This document shows positions 62,457-64,000 of a DNA stretch of 64,000 bases, piece after piece. The notes beneath the pieces are model-generated. The model saw nothing but the letters and a program-made list of their open reading frames with translations. It had not been told where the DNA came from and searched no databases. The translations under genes and the position numbers were made by a program. The stretch lies in sequence record PX068456.1. The stretch is one strand, 5' to 3'. Within the stretch, counting starts at the first letter, position 1. The number at the start of each line of letters is the position of its first letter. Source of the stretch: a phage.

Positions 62457-63944
62457 TTAGACTCCGTACTCGTAGGAAATATTATCAAGGTCAAAGGATG
62501 GTACAACATTGTACGCTGGAGTGATATCTCCCTCATTATATTTACTGTCATCCTCAGTATTAAGTTTAACATAAACACGGAGAGAAGTCAAGCGTCCGAA
62601 CGCAAGTGCAGAATAAATTACACCTTTTATCTGGTCGTTAGTTACTGTTGACCCTAATTCAAAATAAGCCTGTAAGTTTGCAAGAGCAGAAACAATATTT
62701 TCTCTTTCTGTTGTACTTAACACACTACCATTACCAGTTTGATATACCAGTTTAAGTGAGTATTCCGCATTATCACCAGGAGAAAAACGAATTACTTCTT
62801 GACCACCATCTTCTGTTACGATAGTAATTGCTGTCGTACCATAAGTTAATGTGTTAATAGGCTTAGTATTATAAATAACCTGTGCAACTTCTTCTGCTGT
62901 ACCACCGTACACAATAGTTTGGAATGTCATAGCTGGAGCATGTTCCTGATCGTGTAGTGTAGGGTTATCATAAATCTTAACCTTTGTCACACCATCTGTC
63001 AGTAATAGAGCTTTAACAATAGCAGCACGAGTAGCAGCATTAGCTTCATCCATATTATCATTGAAACGAGAACGGAATTCTGCATCTGTTTCAACATCTG
63101 TACCTGGAGAGAACGGATAGAAGTTACCTGTATCTAAAAAGCCTGTAAACGTTGAAGAAATACCTGTAATACTTTCTGTACCTACTGGATTATAACCAAC
63201 ATCTGAACACGTAACTGGAATTTCACTCCATTTTGTACCAATTGCAATGGATGCATAAAATTTCACTGGTGTTACTAGACCTATTGGGTTAACATTATCT
63301 TCTGGATTATAACCCATATAAACATTACTAGCATCATTCCATACTAAAGCACGATCTGTTGTTGATACGTTAGCTTTAATGAAATTCGTGAGATCTACAA
63401 TAAAGTTTGTATTGCTAGGACTTAGTGTTTTACTGTTAAGACCACCATCAATAGCACTTTGAATGTAGAAAGTAATAGAAGTTTCACCAGAAGCTGTTGC
63501 GTTTGCTTTAGAAATGGTATATGCTCCAATCTTAGCATTCAACATTGTTGGTGCACTGACATAATATGTCAAATCGTTATCGGCATTAAAATAAACATCT
63601 GTGCTTAGTTCATAAGTCCAAGCTGCCTTATTGTTAGATTTAACATAAGCATAACCACTACCAGCAGAAGCAGCTTTACGATAAAAACCTCTTTTAGAGA
63701 AGATTTCATCAAGGTAAATACCTTCTGCACCATCTAAGGTTTGGGTATTGTAAACACCTTGCATACCTTCCCAAAGGGTGTAATCTGTATATGCAATAAT
63801 ACGAAACAGTTGACCAAAGACAGTATCTTCAGATGTAGCTGTATCTGCACCGAAAGTGTTTTTCAATGCTGTCATATAATTATTTAAAATATCATCAAAC
63901 GTTGGAATGACAAAACCAGCATCTGTTAAACCATAATCTGCCAT
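62457..63944 (-). CDS. putative baseplate wedge protein (baseplate J-like)
   Basis: size 495 aa and position upstream of tail-fibre genes; RBS AAGGAGGATAACTA. Confidence 0.4.
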   Translation of the reverse strand: MADYGLTDAGFVIPTFDDILNNYMTALKNTFGADTATSEDTVFGQLFRIIAYTDYTLWEGMQGVYNTQTLDGAEGIYLDEIFSKRGFYRKAASAGSGYAYVKSNNKAAWTYELSTDVYFNADNDLTYYVSAPTMLNAKIGAYTISKANATASGETSITFYIQSAIDGGLNSKTLSPSNTNFIVDLTNFIKANVSTTDRALVWNDASNVYMGYNPEDNVNPIGLVTPVKFYASIAIGTKWSEIPVTCSDVGYNPVGTESITGISSTFTGFLDTGNFYPFSPGTDVETDAEFRSRFNDNMDEANAATRAAIVKALLLTDGVTKVKIYDNPTLHDQEHAPAMTFQTIVYGGTAEEVAQVIYNTKPINTLTYGTTAITIVTEDGGQEVIRFSPGDNAEYSLKLVYQTGNGSVLSTTERENIVSALANLQAYFELGSTVTNDQIKGVIYSALAFGRLTSLRVYVKLNTEDDSKYNEGDITPAYNVVPSFDLDNISYEYGV

Positions 63945-64000
63945 TAGTTATCCTCCTTATCAGGGGCAGGTGATCTGCCCCAACGTAAATCTATTAAATT

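Noticed and set aside
1-64000. Assignment to T4-like phages on the basis of nrdD/nrdG and the promoter-stem-loop cassettes
   Set aside because: The replication genes are a family-A polymerase (HDE motif) and a fused gp4-type primase-helicase, not T4-type gp43/gp41/gp61; lineage left unassigned.

Overview
This window reads as a contiguous piece of a lytic tailed-phage (Caudoviricetes) genome, about 37% GC, with no integrase or lysogeny genes seen. All calls come from reading the ORF track and sequence by eye; no database search was run, so family names rest on recognised motifs. Layout: (1) 1.4-10.1 kb, a minus-strand array of about 25 small genes, most preceded by a sigma70-like promoter plus a conserved 5'-UTR stem-loop; (2) 10.2-11.3 kb, a GC-rich island and an AT-rich repeat region with Fur-box-like palindromes and three ~65-bp direct repeats; (3) 11.3-15.5 kb, minus-strand genes including a NADAR-like protein, a zinc-ribbon/T5orf172-like protein and an AAA ATPase; (4) 15.6-52.6 kb, a long plus-strand cluster with UvrD-like helicase, NrdD/NrdG, a second AAA ATPase, four glycosyltransferases, primase-helicase, family-A DNA polymerase, SSB-like protein and an N6-adenine methyltransferase; (5) 52.6-64 kb, minus-strand tail-fibre and baseplate genes. 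The most interesting candidate is a Ter-like stress/metabolite module at 29.6-39 kb (HAD-like, PRTase, macro domain, TerC, TelA-like, vWA, TerD) embedded in the replication-gene cluster. Also notable are the NADAR/nuclease pair, two divergent AAA ATPase paralogues, and a minimal class-II aaRS-like core beside a YqeY-domain gene.
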